This document shows, piece by piece, positions 8,719 through 17,835 of a stretch of DNA of 64,000 bases. A model generated the notes under the pieces. That model saw only the letters and a list, made by a program, of their open reading frames with translations, was not told the origin of the DNA and made no database searches. This DNA comes from Chitinophaga pinensis (GTDB lineage Bacteria > Bacteroidota > Bacteroidia > Chitinophagales > CAIOSU01): assembly GCA_945901065.1 (NCBI GenBank), contig CAMDKI010000006.1, forward strand, positions 88,876 through 152,875. The letters run 5' to 3'. Numbering within the stretch: the first letter of the stretch is position 1; each line of letters begins with the position of its first letter. The translations under genes and the position numbers were made by a program.

Positions 8719-10074
8719 ATGAATGAAGTTTTCAAATTAAATTTTAGGGTTTTAGTAAGTTTTATACTACTAGTGTTTTGTTCAGTCAACGCTCAGTCAC
8801 AAGATCTAGAGGGCGAGGAAGATGATACTACTGTTTTGGCGGTAACAGTAGATGTGACTCCACTTTTGGAGAAAGCAAAACTGAACTTCGAATCGGAGAA
8901 CTACAACAAGGCAATCGAATACCTCGATTCTGCCGTGTTAAAAATGAACAATACCAATCTCGAGATACAATATTGGCTAGCCAAAAGCAATTATGCCCTT
9001 GGTCGCTACAAACAAGCTAGGGTTGATGCGGTTAAGTTTTTGGAGTTTGCTGATGCCAATGTACACTTAGGCTACCTTGAAATAACCCAGATTAAAGCCA
9101 ATGTAGATGCAAAGATAGGCGTAGAGGATACGGTTGTTCGCGATGTGTCAAATTTGGTGGGGGGTGGCTTCACTGAAAGCGAGACTTGGGATTTTGCCCG
9201 AAAAACAGGCAACTTACAAGCATACCGAAACTACATTAAATTCTACCCCGATGGCCCCCATGCGGCAGAGGCTAAATCAACAGTTGAGTTTCAAGAAAAG
9301 CTAAACCAAGAACCCAGCAAACTACTGGCAGAGGCCGTAAAACGCGGTGACATGAAAATGGTGCGCGACTTGTTGGACAGGGGTGCTGATGTAAACTATG
9401 CCGAAAACTATACCCGCATATTTGAGCGTTCCGAAGGTAAAGTATACGAAATAAACTTTGAGATGCCACTGTACGCGGCAGTAATGAAAATGGACTACGC
9501 CATGACCAAGTTTTTACTTGAAAATGGTGCCGACCCTAACCGTTTTGTTTATCGCAAAGTTTATACCTACCAATCTGGAGGAAAGAGCAAAACTATATTG
9601 GAAAGTCTTATCATTGCTACTTCGCAAAACGGCCGCTACCCCAATCACGATGATCAACTGATTGAATTGATAGACCTAATGCTGAAACATGGTTTAGATA
9701 TTAACTTTTATAATGGCTCACCACTAAGCACTGCTGTATACTACCACGATGCAAAAAAATATAGACGCACCAAACTGATTAGGTACTTGTTAAGAAAAGG
9801 AGCCGACCCGAAACTGTTTGGCTGGAACGATGGCGAACGCAGCGCCTTGGATATTGCTAAAGAGCGCGAAGACAAGCGCATGCTGCAAACCCTTAAGGAA
9901 AAACGATATAAAACAATCAGAAAAGAACTTGCTAAAAAGCAGCTCGAAAAACTTAAACAATACCGTAAAGAGCAGATAAAACTCGAAAAGCAGGCCAAAG
10001 AGAAGGCCAAGCAAGAAAAGTTACTGCAACAGCAAAACGAAAACAATACTGCGCCAAGTACCCCCAAACCTTAG
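8719..10074 (+). CDS. Secreted TPR-like plus ankyrin-repeat protein with a Lys/Glu/Gln-rich C-terminal tail
   Basis: Start moved to the ATG at 8719, where a signal-peptide-like N-terminus begins (MNEVFKLNFRVLVSFILLVFCSVNAQ). Ankyrin-like units include LLAEAVKRGDMKMVRDLLDRGADVN, PLYAAVMKMDYAMTKFLLENGADPN and LIRYLLRKGADP. The C-terminal 70 aa are charged and look coiled-coil-like. Confidence 0.75.
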   Translation: MNEVFKLNFRVLVSFILLVFCSVNAQSQDLEGEEDDTTVLAVTVDVTPLLEKAKLNFESENYNKAIEYLDSAVLKMNNTNLEIQYWLAKSNYALGRYKQARVDAVKFLEFADANVHLGYLEITQIKANVDAKIGVEDTVVRDVSNLVGGGFTESETWDFARKTGNLQAYRNYIKFYPDGPHAAEAKSTVEFQEKLNQEPSKLLAEAVKRGDMKMVRDLLDRGADVNYAENYTRIFERSEGKVYEINFEMPLYAAVMKMDYAMTKFLLENGADPNRFVYRKVYTYQSGGKSKTILESLIIATSQNGRYPNHDDQLIELIDLMLKHGLDINFYNGSPLSTAVYYHDAKKYRRTKLIRYLLRKGADPKLFGWNDGERSALDIAKEREDKRMLQTLKEKRYKTIRKELAKKQLEKLKQYRKEQIKLEKQAKEKAKQEKLLQQQNENNTAPSTPKP

Positions 10075-10125
10075 GAATTATTTGGCCCCGCAATGGGTTA
10101 TGCTTGTATAGCAACAAACATAACG

Positions 10126-10374
10126 ATGACTGAAAAATACGACCCAATTGCCTGTGGACTTTATGACCGTTTGGAAGCTGAAGCCACTTTAAAACATACC
10201 GTGCGCCTTACTGTCAAAGAAGATGATGGCGCGGTGCACCAAGTTATAGGCCTTATTAGTACTTTCAGTGCACACAATGGTGTGGAACACCTAATTATGG
10301 AAGACAATACCAAAATTATGCTCGATAAAGTAACACACTTAAACGGTCAGTTGTTTGTAGCGGATATGGCCTAA
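10126..10374 (+). CDS. Rof-like (Rho-binding antiterminator family) small protein
   Basis: YDPIACGLYDRLE...VEHLIMEDNTKIMLDKVTHL resembles the remembered E. coli Rof sequence YQPINCDDYDNLE...VEYLVVEAAGETRELRLDKITSF. Start chosen at the ATG at 10126. Confidence 0.55.
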   Translation: MTEKYDPIACGLYDRLEAEATLKHTVRLTVKEDDGAVHQVIGLISTFSAHNGVEHLIMEDNTKIMLDKVTHLNGQLFVADMA

Positions 10375-11285
10375 ATAGCACTGCCCATAACCCAATACCA
10401 AAACAGTAAGGTAACAAAAGCTAAAGGTATGCCTATGCCAACAAACAAGCTGGCAAGCCGTGGGTTGAGGTTGTATTGCGATGCTAGTATAGCACCCGTA
10501 ATCATAGGTGCCATTGCCGCCTCCATAACACTTACTTGTGCCGGAATGCCCTGCATATTAATGCCAATTACAAAAATGGCGTAAATACTAGCAGGTGCGA
10601 GCAACAGTTTGTAAGTTAGCCCAACCCCAAGCGCTTTGCCCAAACCAGTAAGTTTCTCAAACTTTAGCTGCATACCTACCGATACCAACGCCAATGGCGT
10701 TATAGTGCGCCCCAAGGGCTCCAATATGTCGCGGGTTAGCTCAGTATGATGGAAGTCGATAGCTTTTAACAATAGCGCAGCAATAAATGCCAACATGGGC
10801 GGAAAAGTGAATAATTTACGGGCCATTGCCGCTATTGAAGGGATGCCCGAACTGTACCAAACCGCAACCCAAATGCCAAGGGTACTCAATACTAAAAACG
10901 AACCTGGTTGATCGACCAACAGTGCTTGCTGCAAGCCATCCTTGCCATAGAGCGCTTCTATGATAGGGAAACCGATAAATGAGGAATTGAAAAGCCCGCA
11001 ACATAAAATAATGCAGCCAATGGTAGCTTTGTCAAAGCCCAGCAGCTTTCCCCCTAGCCCAAAAATAATCCAAGCTAACACGAATACTATCCAAGCCGTA
11101 GATATGGGGGCCAAACTAGTTAAGTTCCATTCCATTTCGGGCAAATACAAGAGGCCAAGGGCTGGTAGCGATACACCCAACACAAATTGGTTGAGCGCTA
11201 AGTGCGCATCTTTGCCAAACCAACCGGCACGGCGCAAGAAAATGCCTAAAACCAGACTTACGAATATGAGTAACAAATTGGCCAT
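10371..11285 (-). CDS. AEC (auxin efflux carrier) family permease
   Basis: A 304-aa polytopic membrane protein with about 10 hydrophobic segments. Its N-terminus (MANLLLIFVSLVLGIFLRR) is typical of AEC transporters. Confidence 0.7.
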   Translation of the reverse strand: MANLLLIFVSLVLGIFLRRAGWFGKDAHLALNQFVLGVSLPALGLLYLPEMEWNLTSLAPISTAWIVFVLAWIIFGLGGKLLGFDKATIGCIILCCGLFNSSFIGFPIIEALYGKDGLQQALLVDQPGSFLVLSTLGIWVAVWYSSGIPSIAAMARKLFTFPPMLAFIAALLLKAIDFHHTELTRDILEPLGRTITPLALVSVGMQLKFEKLTGLGKALGVGLTYKLLLAPASIYAIFVIGINMQGIPAQVSVMEAAMAPMITGAILASQYNLNPRLASLFVGIGIPLAFVTLLFWYWVMGSAI

Positions 11286-11418
11286 ATAGATACAAACCTA
11301 GCCAATTAAAACAAGGCAGATAACGGTAGTCAAAAAAAATGTGGTTTTGCTAAAAATAATCTTGAATCTTTAGCATGGCTTCACTATATTACCTGTGCAA
11401 CAAGAACGGAACTATAAT

Positions 11419-12033
11419 ATGAAGAGACTTTCGCAGACAATCTTTTTGCTAGGAACTGTTATTTGCTTCAGCGCTTTTATCGACAACAAGGCTCCTGCCA
11501 TTAACAGGCAAGAGCTAACCGCGCCGAGCATGATGCCCAAGAAGCCAAGTTTTGCGCTCAATAAGCAGGAGCCACTGCACCCATTGCTTACCGAAGTATT
11601 GCTTCCTAATAAAGGTGGTTTAATACGCGGCGTTGATTTTGGCATGACTAAGCTGCAGATAAACCAATTAGAAGATGCCTGCGAAGAAGCTGCTGGCGAC
11701 TTTAGGTCTAAATATTCAATCGCTTGCTCAATACCAGAAATGGCTGCCTTCGCCGATGTTGTCTACGACTTTCACGCAAATGGCCAAATGGATATGATAA
11801 CCATTGACTATTACCTGCAAGATGCTTACATAGCCAAAGCCATTTTCCACGATTTGCTAAAATACTACAGCAGCCAATTCGGGCAAAAGTATTATACCGA
11901 TAGCGATGGTTATGTTATATGGGAAGCCAAACGCAATGCAACAGATGGCGAGCCACAAGGCCTTACCGTGTACCTGAAAAAAATCGGCCGTGGCGAAGAC
12001 TCTGGAGTAAGCTTGCAGTTTGTAAAAAAGTAA
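11419..12033 (+). CDS. Hypothetical secreted protein
   Basis: Long ORF with a signal-peptide-like start (MKRLSQTIFLLGTVICFSAF). No family recognised. Confidence 0.6.
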   Translation: MKRLSQTIFLLGTVICFSAFIDNKAPAINRQELTAPSMMPKKPSFALNKQEPLHPLLTEVLLPNKGGLIRGVDFGMTKLQINQLEDACEEAAGDFRSKYSIACSIPEMAAFADVVYDFHANGQMDMITIDYYLQDAYIAKAIFHDLLKYYSSQFGQKYYTDSDGYVIWEAKRNATDGEPQGLTVYLKKIGRGEDSGVSLQFVKK

Positions 12034-12038
12034 ACTTA

Positions 12039-14498
12039 CTACTGTCCAAACTCAATACCTACACGCACCCCAAACTCTCGGGTGCGGTTGCTGCTAAAAC
12101 CTGATACAAAATCAATACGCAGTATCCTAAAAATATTCTCAATGCCCACGTTTACCTCGCCATAGTGGCCATATTCTGGGGTATATACGTAGTGGCCTCC
12201 CGCTACCAATTGCCATTTTAGCTTACGAATGCCTGGTATTTTATTAAACAAAAAACCATCGAAATGGTGCACATAGTGGCCCTCTACAAACCAATTATTG
12301 GTGCTGTTTATATAGTACCGTAATAGTTGGAAACCATCCAAGTAGTTCTTTCCAAAAATGGTCCTATCGCCATAAAAGTGACGATAATCTTGAAAAGGTA
12401 CTAACTTATTGTTTGGGAAACCACCCACTTTCACTATCAACCGGGTAGTGCCTGTAATGCCAAGTTTTATCTCTTCCGATATTTCAAACTCCAAATAGTC
12501 GTAGTTGGTTATGCTGCCGCCCACATTGGGTATACCTTTTCGATATGACAAATAGAAGGTTGGAAACTTACTACCCAATACAATCTTTTGGTCGGGCCGG
12601 GTGATATACTTGCTACCTGGGGTCCACCGCAGCCTTACGTTAAACGAAAGCGAGCGGTGCGTGCCATAATTGGCCCTTTCGTATTCAGGGTTTTGTGGTT
12701 GATTGGGTTCAAAATCGCGACGCTTTATTTTAAAAAGCGAGAGCAAATGGGTATTCTCCAAGTTCCTGCGCTCTGTGAAGCCACCACCTGCCCAAACCAT
12801 CAAACCATTAACCACTTCAATACGATGCGAAAAGCGAACGAAGCGTTCTTCGTATGCTTTCAAAAAATTACGCTTGATAAACAAGGTATAAAAAGTGTTC
12901 ATCAAATCACTAATAGCCTCGTCGCGGTTAAATTGGTAAACATACTGCCCCACCTCAAAACCCACAGAAGCATATTTACTTCGGTTGTAGTAGTATGTGC
13001 TGGCTAAATAACCATTCCAATGTCGATTGGTAAACCCATAACGCAGCGCTGGGTCAACAATAAGCAGTCTACGCTTAGAAAACTCTTTAGTAATAGTGGG
13101 TTTAAAACGCAGGTTCCAACCCTCCATGGTATTGAAATGGATTAAATCGTTAGTGATAGAGTTAGTTCTGATGGAAAATTTTCGATAAAAATTATTCCAA
13201 GTATACCCTAGCAATAAATCGAGTGGCTTAAACTTATTTGATTTGCGACTCAACGAATCAAGATAGGGCTTTGAGTTCATTAACACTTCTAAACTGTCTT
13301 TCCGCACATAATCATTCATCTCGGTTTCGGTAAGTGGCACTGGTCGATTGGCGTCCCAGTAGCTGCTATCCTTTTCATTTGATTCTTTAGATACCGACAG
13401 CACCTCATTACTAAAGTCCTTTTTGCTTACCGGAGGGTTCAGTATATAATCTCTGTAAACTGCGACGAAATAGCCAGCGCCATTAATGCCCAATATACTA
13501 AACGTGAAATCGATGTACTGCGATACTGGCATCCAAACGCTATCGTTTACGGGCACATAGGTATAGTTGAAATTAAGCGTATCCAAATAGTTTATTTGCG
13601 ACTCTTTAACGAGCGTAAGTTCGGTGCTATGTATTCGCCAATCGTTTTCTACTATATAAATATACCCCCTAAAAACAGGCTCTGATGGCCGCTTGGGTAT
13701 AACGGCTATTTTATTGATTAACTTGCCATCTTCGCTAAAAACCCCTTCTAGCCTAAATTTGTAGTAGTTAAATGCATTATCTGATAGTGGCGAAATGAAT
13801 ATACGTTCACTTAAAAAATCTATCCGTAGGCTCGAAAGGTAAAAATCAAATTCTGCCAAATCGCTGGCCCGGTTCCAGCTAAAGGTTCTGCTATCGCCAC
13901 TCACTTTGCTCGATATCATTACCTCCTTTACCTTGTCGGGCTTCATTACCGTAAGATCTGATATTGACTCGGACAAGTATACAATACCCGCATTGTTGCT
14001 GTCTAAGGTGCCATCAAAATTAACCTCAAACCCAAACACCTTGTCGGGTGCACTGGTTAGGCGCTGCATGCCCTTTACATATGCCTGGCAATTAAAGGCT
14101 TGCACTTGGTTATAATATTCGTCGCGCTTGGCTATAGCCTTTCGCATAACCGGATACGCTGCGTCTTCCGATCCGCTTACCACCACTTCATCTAGCTTAA
14201 AGTCTTCGGCCTCCAGGGTGATGTCTTGCCGAACCGTTTGGCTACCGATAACAATTTCAATAACCTGCTTTTTGTACCCAATAAACTGGTAAACAATTTG
14301 ATGTGTGCCCGCAGTAAGTTCAAGCTTGTAATTACCTTCTTCGTTGGTAGTAGTACCTAAAGTGGTGCCCTGCTCATATACGTTGGCGAAAGGCAGCGGC
14401 TGACCTTCTGCACTAGTTACTTTACCGGTTAAATCGCCTCCATGGAGCCCCAACGAAATACAACACAGCGCAATAAAAAATATCAGCTCTTTTTTCAT
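12039..14498 (-). CDS. Carboxypeptidase-regulatory-like domain / DUF5686-type outer-membrane-associated protein
   Basis: It has a signal peptide. The N-terminal block GKVTSAEGQPLPFANVYEQGTTLGTTTNEEGNYKL matches the CarboxypepD_reg signature. The 819-aa length and beta-rich C-terminus are typical of the DUF5686 family. Confidence 0.8.
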   Translation of the reverse strand: MKKELIFFIALCCISLGLHGGDLTGKVTSAEGQPLPFANVYEQGTTLGTTTNEEGNYKLELTAGTHQIVYQFIGYKKQVIEIVIGSQTVRQDITLEAEDFKLDEVVVSGSEDAAYPVMRKAIAKRDEYYNQVQAFNCQAYVKGMQRLTSAPDKVFGFEVNFDGTLDSNNAGIVYLSESISDLTVMKPDKVKEVMISSKVSGDSRTFSWNRASDLAEFDFYLSSLRIDFLSERIFISPLSDNAFNYYKFRLEGVFSEDGKLINKIAVIPKRPSEPVFRGYIYIVENDWRIHSTELTLVKESQINYLDTLNFNYTYVPVNDSVWMPVSQYIDFTFSILGINGAGYFVAVYRDYILNPPVSKKDFSNEVLSVSKESNEKDSSYWDANRPVPLTETEMNDYVRKDSLEVLMNSKPYLDSLSRKSNKFKPLDLLLGYTWNNFYRKFSIRTNSITNDLIHFNTMEGWNLRFKPTITKEFSKRRLLIVDPALRYGFTNRHWNGYLASTYYYNRSKYASVGFEVGQYVYQFNRDEAISDLMNTFYTLFIKRNFLKAYEERFVRFSHRIEVVNGLMVWAGGGFTERRNLENTHLLSLFKIKRRDFEPNQPQNPEYERANYGTHRSLSFNVRLRWTPGSKYITRPDQKIVLGSKFPTFYLSYRKGIPNVGGSITNYDYLEFEISEEIKLGITGTTRLIVKVGGFPNNKLVPFQDYRHFYGDRTIFGKNYLDGFQLLRYYINSTNNWFVEGHYVHHFDGFLFNKIPGIRKLKWQLVAGGHYVYTPEYGHYGEVNVGIENIFRILRIDFVSGFSSNRTREFGVRVGIEFGQ

Positions 14499-14946
14499 TA
14501 AGTGGGTTTAAAACGCAGGTAGGTTACGCTAAATTATAAAAATGGTTGGTAAGGTAACAGAAAATAATAATTCGACACCAAAACCCGCTCACCTGTGCGC
14601 TATCAAACAAAAGCCCAATCTTGTACTATTATAGATAGCGCTTGTAAGTTGATAATATTGATTAAGTTTTTAACCTCAGGCCTTAAGTGCAATAACTGCA
14701 TTAACAAAAATTTTGCCGTGACTTAACTAAAGGCTTGCACCAAACCTTTTAGAAAAAAAGTACTCTGCACCTGATTTAAAACCAACGAAGAGCATAACTG
14801 AAATGTCTACACACACCAATTTGTTGAGTAATATATCAAGTCAACCTCTTACGATAGAGCATAAAATCAAGCTCACTTTAACTTTATGTTAATGCTACTT
14901 TCAATAAATGATTTAACAAAATCGGGTCGCTTAGTGACGAAATGAA

Positions 14947-15888
14947 TTAACCTCTTTTATTTTGCTCGGCTAGCAAGTAAAGCACTGCCATACGAATGGC
15001 TACGCCGTTCTCAACTTGTTGAAGGATTATGGACTGGTCGCTATCTGCCGCATCACTGCTTAACTCCACTCCCCTATTAATGGGGCCTGGGTGCATAATG
15101 GTAATTTTCTTTGAAAGGCTATCCAGCAACTCTTTATTCACCCCGTAATACAAACTGTATTCGCGTAAACTAGGGAAGTACTTAATATCTTGTCGCTCCA
15201 ATTGTATGCGCAGCACGTTTGCCACATCGCACCAGTTAAGGGCTTCTTTTACATTGTGCGTTACACGCACTCCAAGCGCTTCTATATGCTTCGGTATTAA
15301 AGTTGGTGGTCCGCAAAGTAGCACCTCGGCGCCAAGTTTGGTTAGGCAAAAGATATTAGACAACGCCACACGTGAATGAGTAATGTCGCCCAATATAGCT
15401 ACCCGTAAGCCTTTAAAGTCTGTCAATTTCAGTTTCTCGCGCATCGAGAACGCATCTAAAAGGGCCTGCGTGGGATGCTCGTGGGTTCCATCGCCCGCAT
15501 TTATAATCTGGGCGTTGATGTGCCTAGCTAAAAAAACACAAGCCCCTGGGCTGGCATGGCGCATAACCACCATATCCACTTTCATAGCCAGTATGTTGTT
15601 CACAGTATCTATCAGCGTCTCGCCCTTTTTGGTTGACGAGGTTGAGGCAGAGAAGTTAATGGTATCAGCCGAGAGGCGTTTTTCTGCCAGCTCAAATGAA
15701 ATGCGGGTCCGAGTTGAGTTCTCGAAAAACAGGTTAGCAATGGTGATATCGCGCAGGGATGGTACCTTCTTAATGGGCCTGTTCAATACATCCTTAAATT
15801 GGTCGGCTGTTTTGAATATGAGTTCAATGTCTTCGGTGTTGAGGTTCTTTATACCTAGAAGATGATTTACACTCAGGGCTGCCATCAA
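14947..15888 (-). CDS. pyrB: Aspartate carbamoyltransferase catalytic subunit
   Basis: Contains the STRTR motif, HPTQ and HPGP; 313 aa. Confidence 0.95.
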   Translation of the reverse strand: MMAALSVNHLLGIKNLNTEDIELIFKTADQFKDVLNRPIKKVPSLRDITIANLFFENSTRTRISFELAEKRLSADTINFSASTSSTKKGETLIDTVNNILAMKVDMVVMRHASPGACVFLARHINAQIINAGDGTHEHPTQALLDAFSMREKLKLTDFKGLRVAILGDITHSRVALSNIFCLTKLGAEVLLCGPPTLIPKHIEALGVRVTHNVKEALNWCDVANVLRIQLERQDIKYFPSLREYSLYYGVNKELLDSLSKKITIMHPGPINRGVELSSDAADSDQSIILQQVENGVAIRMAVLYLLAEQNKRG

Positions 15889-16436
15889 TTATCTTTATTA
15901 GTGGTTAATATCCAAACTTTGTCGGCTCCATCTTGGTCGTTCCACTCAACGCGCACCACCTCCGAAGCAATAGAATCAATTTTTTTGCCTACATAGTTGG
16001 CCTCAATGGGTAAGTGGCGTGTAAAGCGTCTATCAATTAACGTTAGCAGCTCTACTTGCCGTGGTCGTCCAAAATCCAGCAGAGCATCCATAGCTGCGCG
16101 AATGGTACGACCAGTGTACAACACATCATCTACCAATACTACTTTTTTACCTTCGATGCTAAAGTTAAGCTCCGTTTCGTTGGCAGCCAATGGTGTCTCG
16201 CGCCTGCGAAAATCGTCGCGATAAAAAGTAATATCTAGCTTGCCATAATCCAGTTTCAAACTTGGCTTAAGCTCCTTCAGGCGCTGGTATATGCGGTTGC
16301 TAAGATGGATACCTCTTGGCTGCACGCCAATTAAAACTGTGTCAGTAAAGTTGTTGTGATTTTCAATCAATTGGTAGCACAGCCTATCAATGGTAAGGGC
16401 AAACTGGGGTGTATCAAGTATTACACGTGGTTGCAT
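15885..16436 (-). CDS. pyrR: Bifunctional pyr operon regulator / uracil phosphoribosyltransferase PyrR
   Basis: PRPP-binding motif VVLVDDVLYTGRT; 183 aa; overlaps pyrB by 4 nt. Confidence 0.9.
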   Translation of the reverse strand: MQPRVILDTPQFALTIDRLCYQLIENHNNFTDTVLIGVQPRGIHLSNRIYQRLKELKPSLKLDYGKLDITFYRDDFRRRETPLAANETELNFSIEGKKVVLVDDVLYTGRTIRAAMDALLDFGRPRQVELLTLIDRRFTRHLPIEANYVGKKIDSIASEVVRVEWNDQDGADKVWILTTNKDN

Positions 16437-16465
16437 AAGCAGAGGCTATCGGTACAAATATACGA

Positions 16466-16573
16466 AAGGCAATTTGAAAATTCGGGAATTTGAAAATTTG
16501 AAAATTGAACAGATCACTTTTGCACAAAACAAAAACCATTTCCAAATTTTCAAATTAGCACATTTCCAAAATT
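16466..16573. repeat. REP-like intergenic element (copy B). Left arm 16466-16508, loop of about 27 nt, right arm 16536-16573.
   Basis: Left arm aaggcaatttgaaaattcgggaatttgaaaatttgaaaattg. Right arm ccatttccaaattttcaaattagcacatttccaaaatt. About 28 of 38 arm positions are complementary by hand count. It occupies most of the pyrE-pyrR spacer and touches the pyrE stop codon. Confidence 0.85.
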
Positions 16574-17213
16574 ATCGCCCCCAACTCTCAGGTGCTTTGC
16601 GCCAATCTTGTAAAAGGGTCAATTGGTCTTGCTTTACTAAACCTTGCTCAACCGCTATTGGCAACAAATACTCATAGTTGCTCAAGGTATAATAGGGCAC
16701 TTTTGCTTCGGCAAAGTTCTTTTCGGCAACGCCAAAACCATAATCGAATATAGCTACTACGCCCAGTACTTCGCAACCAGCGTCGCGCACTGCTTTTACG
16801 GCTTTTAGCGAGCTTCCTCCTGTGGATACCAAATCTTCCACCAGCACCACTTTTTGGCCTTTCTCCATACGACCCTCTATTTGCTGTCCGGTACCGTGGC
16901 CCTTAGGTTCTGGGCGCACATAGGCATACGGTAGGTTCATCAAATCGGCAATCATTGCTCCCTGGGCTACACCCGCCGTTGCTACACCCGCTATTACATC
17001 TACTTCTTCGAAACGCTCTTGAACCAAATCGACCAAACTTTCTTTGATAAAAGTTCGGATACCTTGGTCAGATAAGGTAACCCGGTTGTCGCAGTATATA
17101 GGCGATTTCCAGCCCGACGACCATGTGAACGGTTCTTGCGGTTGTAGTTTGATTGCTTTAATTTGCAACAGTTTTAAAGCAATTTGATTTGCGATAGCTT
17201 GTTTTATGACCAT
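16572..17213 (-). CDS. pyrE: Orotate phosphoribosyltransferase
   Basis: Contains PFTWSSGWKSPIYCDNR and the PRPP motif VVLVEDLVSTGGS; 213 aa. Confidence 0.93.
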   Translation of the reverse strand: MVIKQAIANQIALKLLQIKAIKLQPQEPFTWSSGWKSPIYCDNRVTLSDQGIRTFIKESLVDLVQERFEEVDVIAGVATAGVAQGAMIADLMNLPYAYVRPEPKGHGTGQQIEGRMEKGQKVVLVEDLVSTGGSSLKAVKAVRDAGCEVLGVVAIFDYGFGVAEKNFAEAKVPYYTLSNYEYLLPIAVEQGLVKQDQLTLLQDWRKAPESWGR

Positions 17214-17796
17214 ACCACTAAATTATACAATATTCAGCAATACCAATAGGCTGGTACTGCTCCAAAACGATAATTTACCCTTTTTTAACGGTGAACTGGC
17301 CGATGTTGTGCGGGAGTTTGAAGAGGGTTTGGAGGAGGAAATAATCCTCAACTTCGCTAGCTTAGATGCTGGGCTTAACCTTGTGAAGGCCTGCTACCAT
17401 CAGGTAATATTTGCCGCTGGCGGATTGGTAAAAACACCCCAAGGCAAGCTGCTGGTAATAAACCGCTTGGGCTGCTGGGACCTACCCAAAGGCAAAGTAG
17501 AAGCGGGTGAAACCATGGACCTTGCCGCCCTGCGCGAAGTAGAAGAAGAAACTGGTTTGCAAAACATTTCCCTTGGCTCGATACTCATCAGAACCTTCCA
17601 CACCTACCCACTAAAGGGGCACCAAGTGTTTAAAGAAACGCATTGGTACGCCATGACCGCCCCTGAACAAAAGCTAACCGCTCAAACCGAAGAAGACATT
17701 ACCCAGGCCATCTGGATTAGCCCCACCGAGCTACCCGGAATATTGCAGGATACTTATGGGAATGTTAAGTTGGTTATTGAGGCGGGTGCGAAATAG
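17206..17796 (+). CDS. NUDIX hydrolase; the start codon is uncertain
   Basis: Nudix box GKVEAGETMDLAALREVEEETGL. The annotated ATG overlaps the divergent pyrE start by 8 nt, so the true start may lie downstream. Confidence 0.75.
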   Translation: MTIPLNYTIFSNTNRLVLLQNDNLPFFNGELADVVREFEEGLEEEIILNFASLDAGLNLVKACYHQVIFAAGGLVKTPQGKLLVINRLGCWDLPKGKVEAGETMDLAALREVEEETGLQNISLGSILIRTFHTYPLKGHQVFKETHWYAMTAPEQKLTAQTEEDITQAIWISPTELPGILQDTYGNVKLVIEAGAK

Positions 17797-17835
17797 CAAC
17801 AATATCGCACTTTATGGTGTTACCCTAGGTAAGTT

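Noticed and set aside
16466-16508. TTTG-rich arms of the repeat elements as Bacteroidota sigma-A promoters (-33 TTTG, -7 TAnnTTTG)
   Set aside because: The arms contain TAATTTG/AAATTTG, which is one spacer base short of TAnnTTTG. The elements occur in both orientations, including between convergent genes and inside operons. A promoter role is not excluded for individual copies, but it does not explain the paired inverted architecture.
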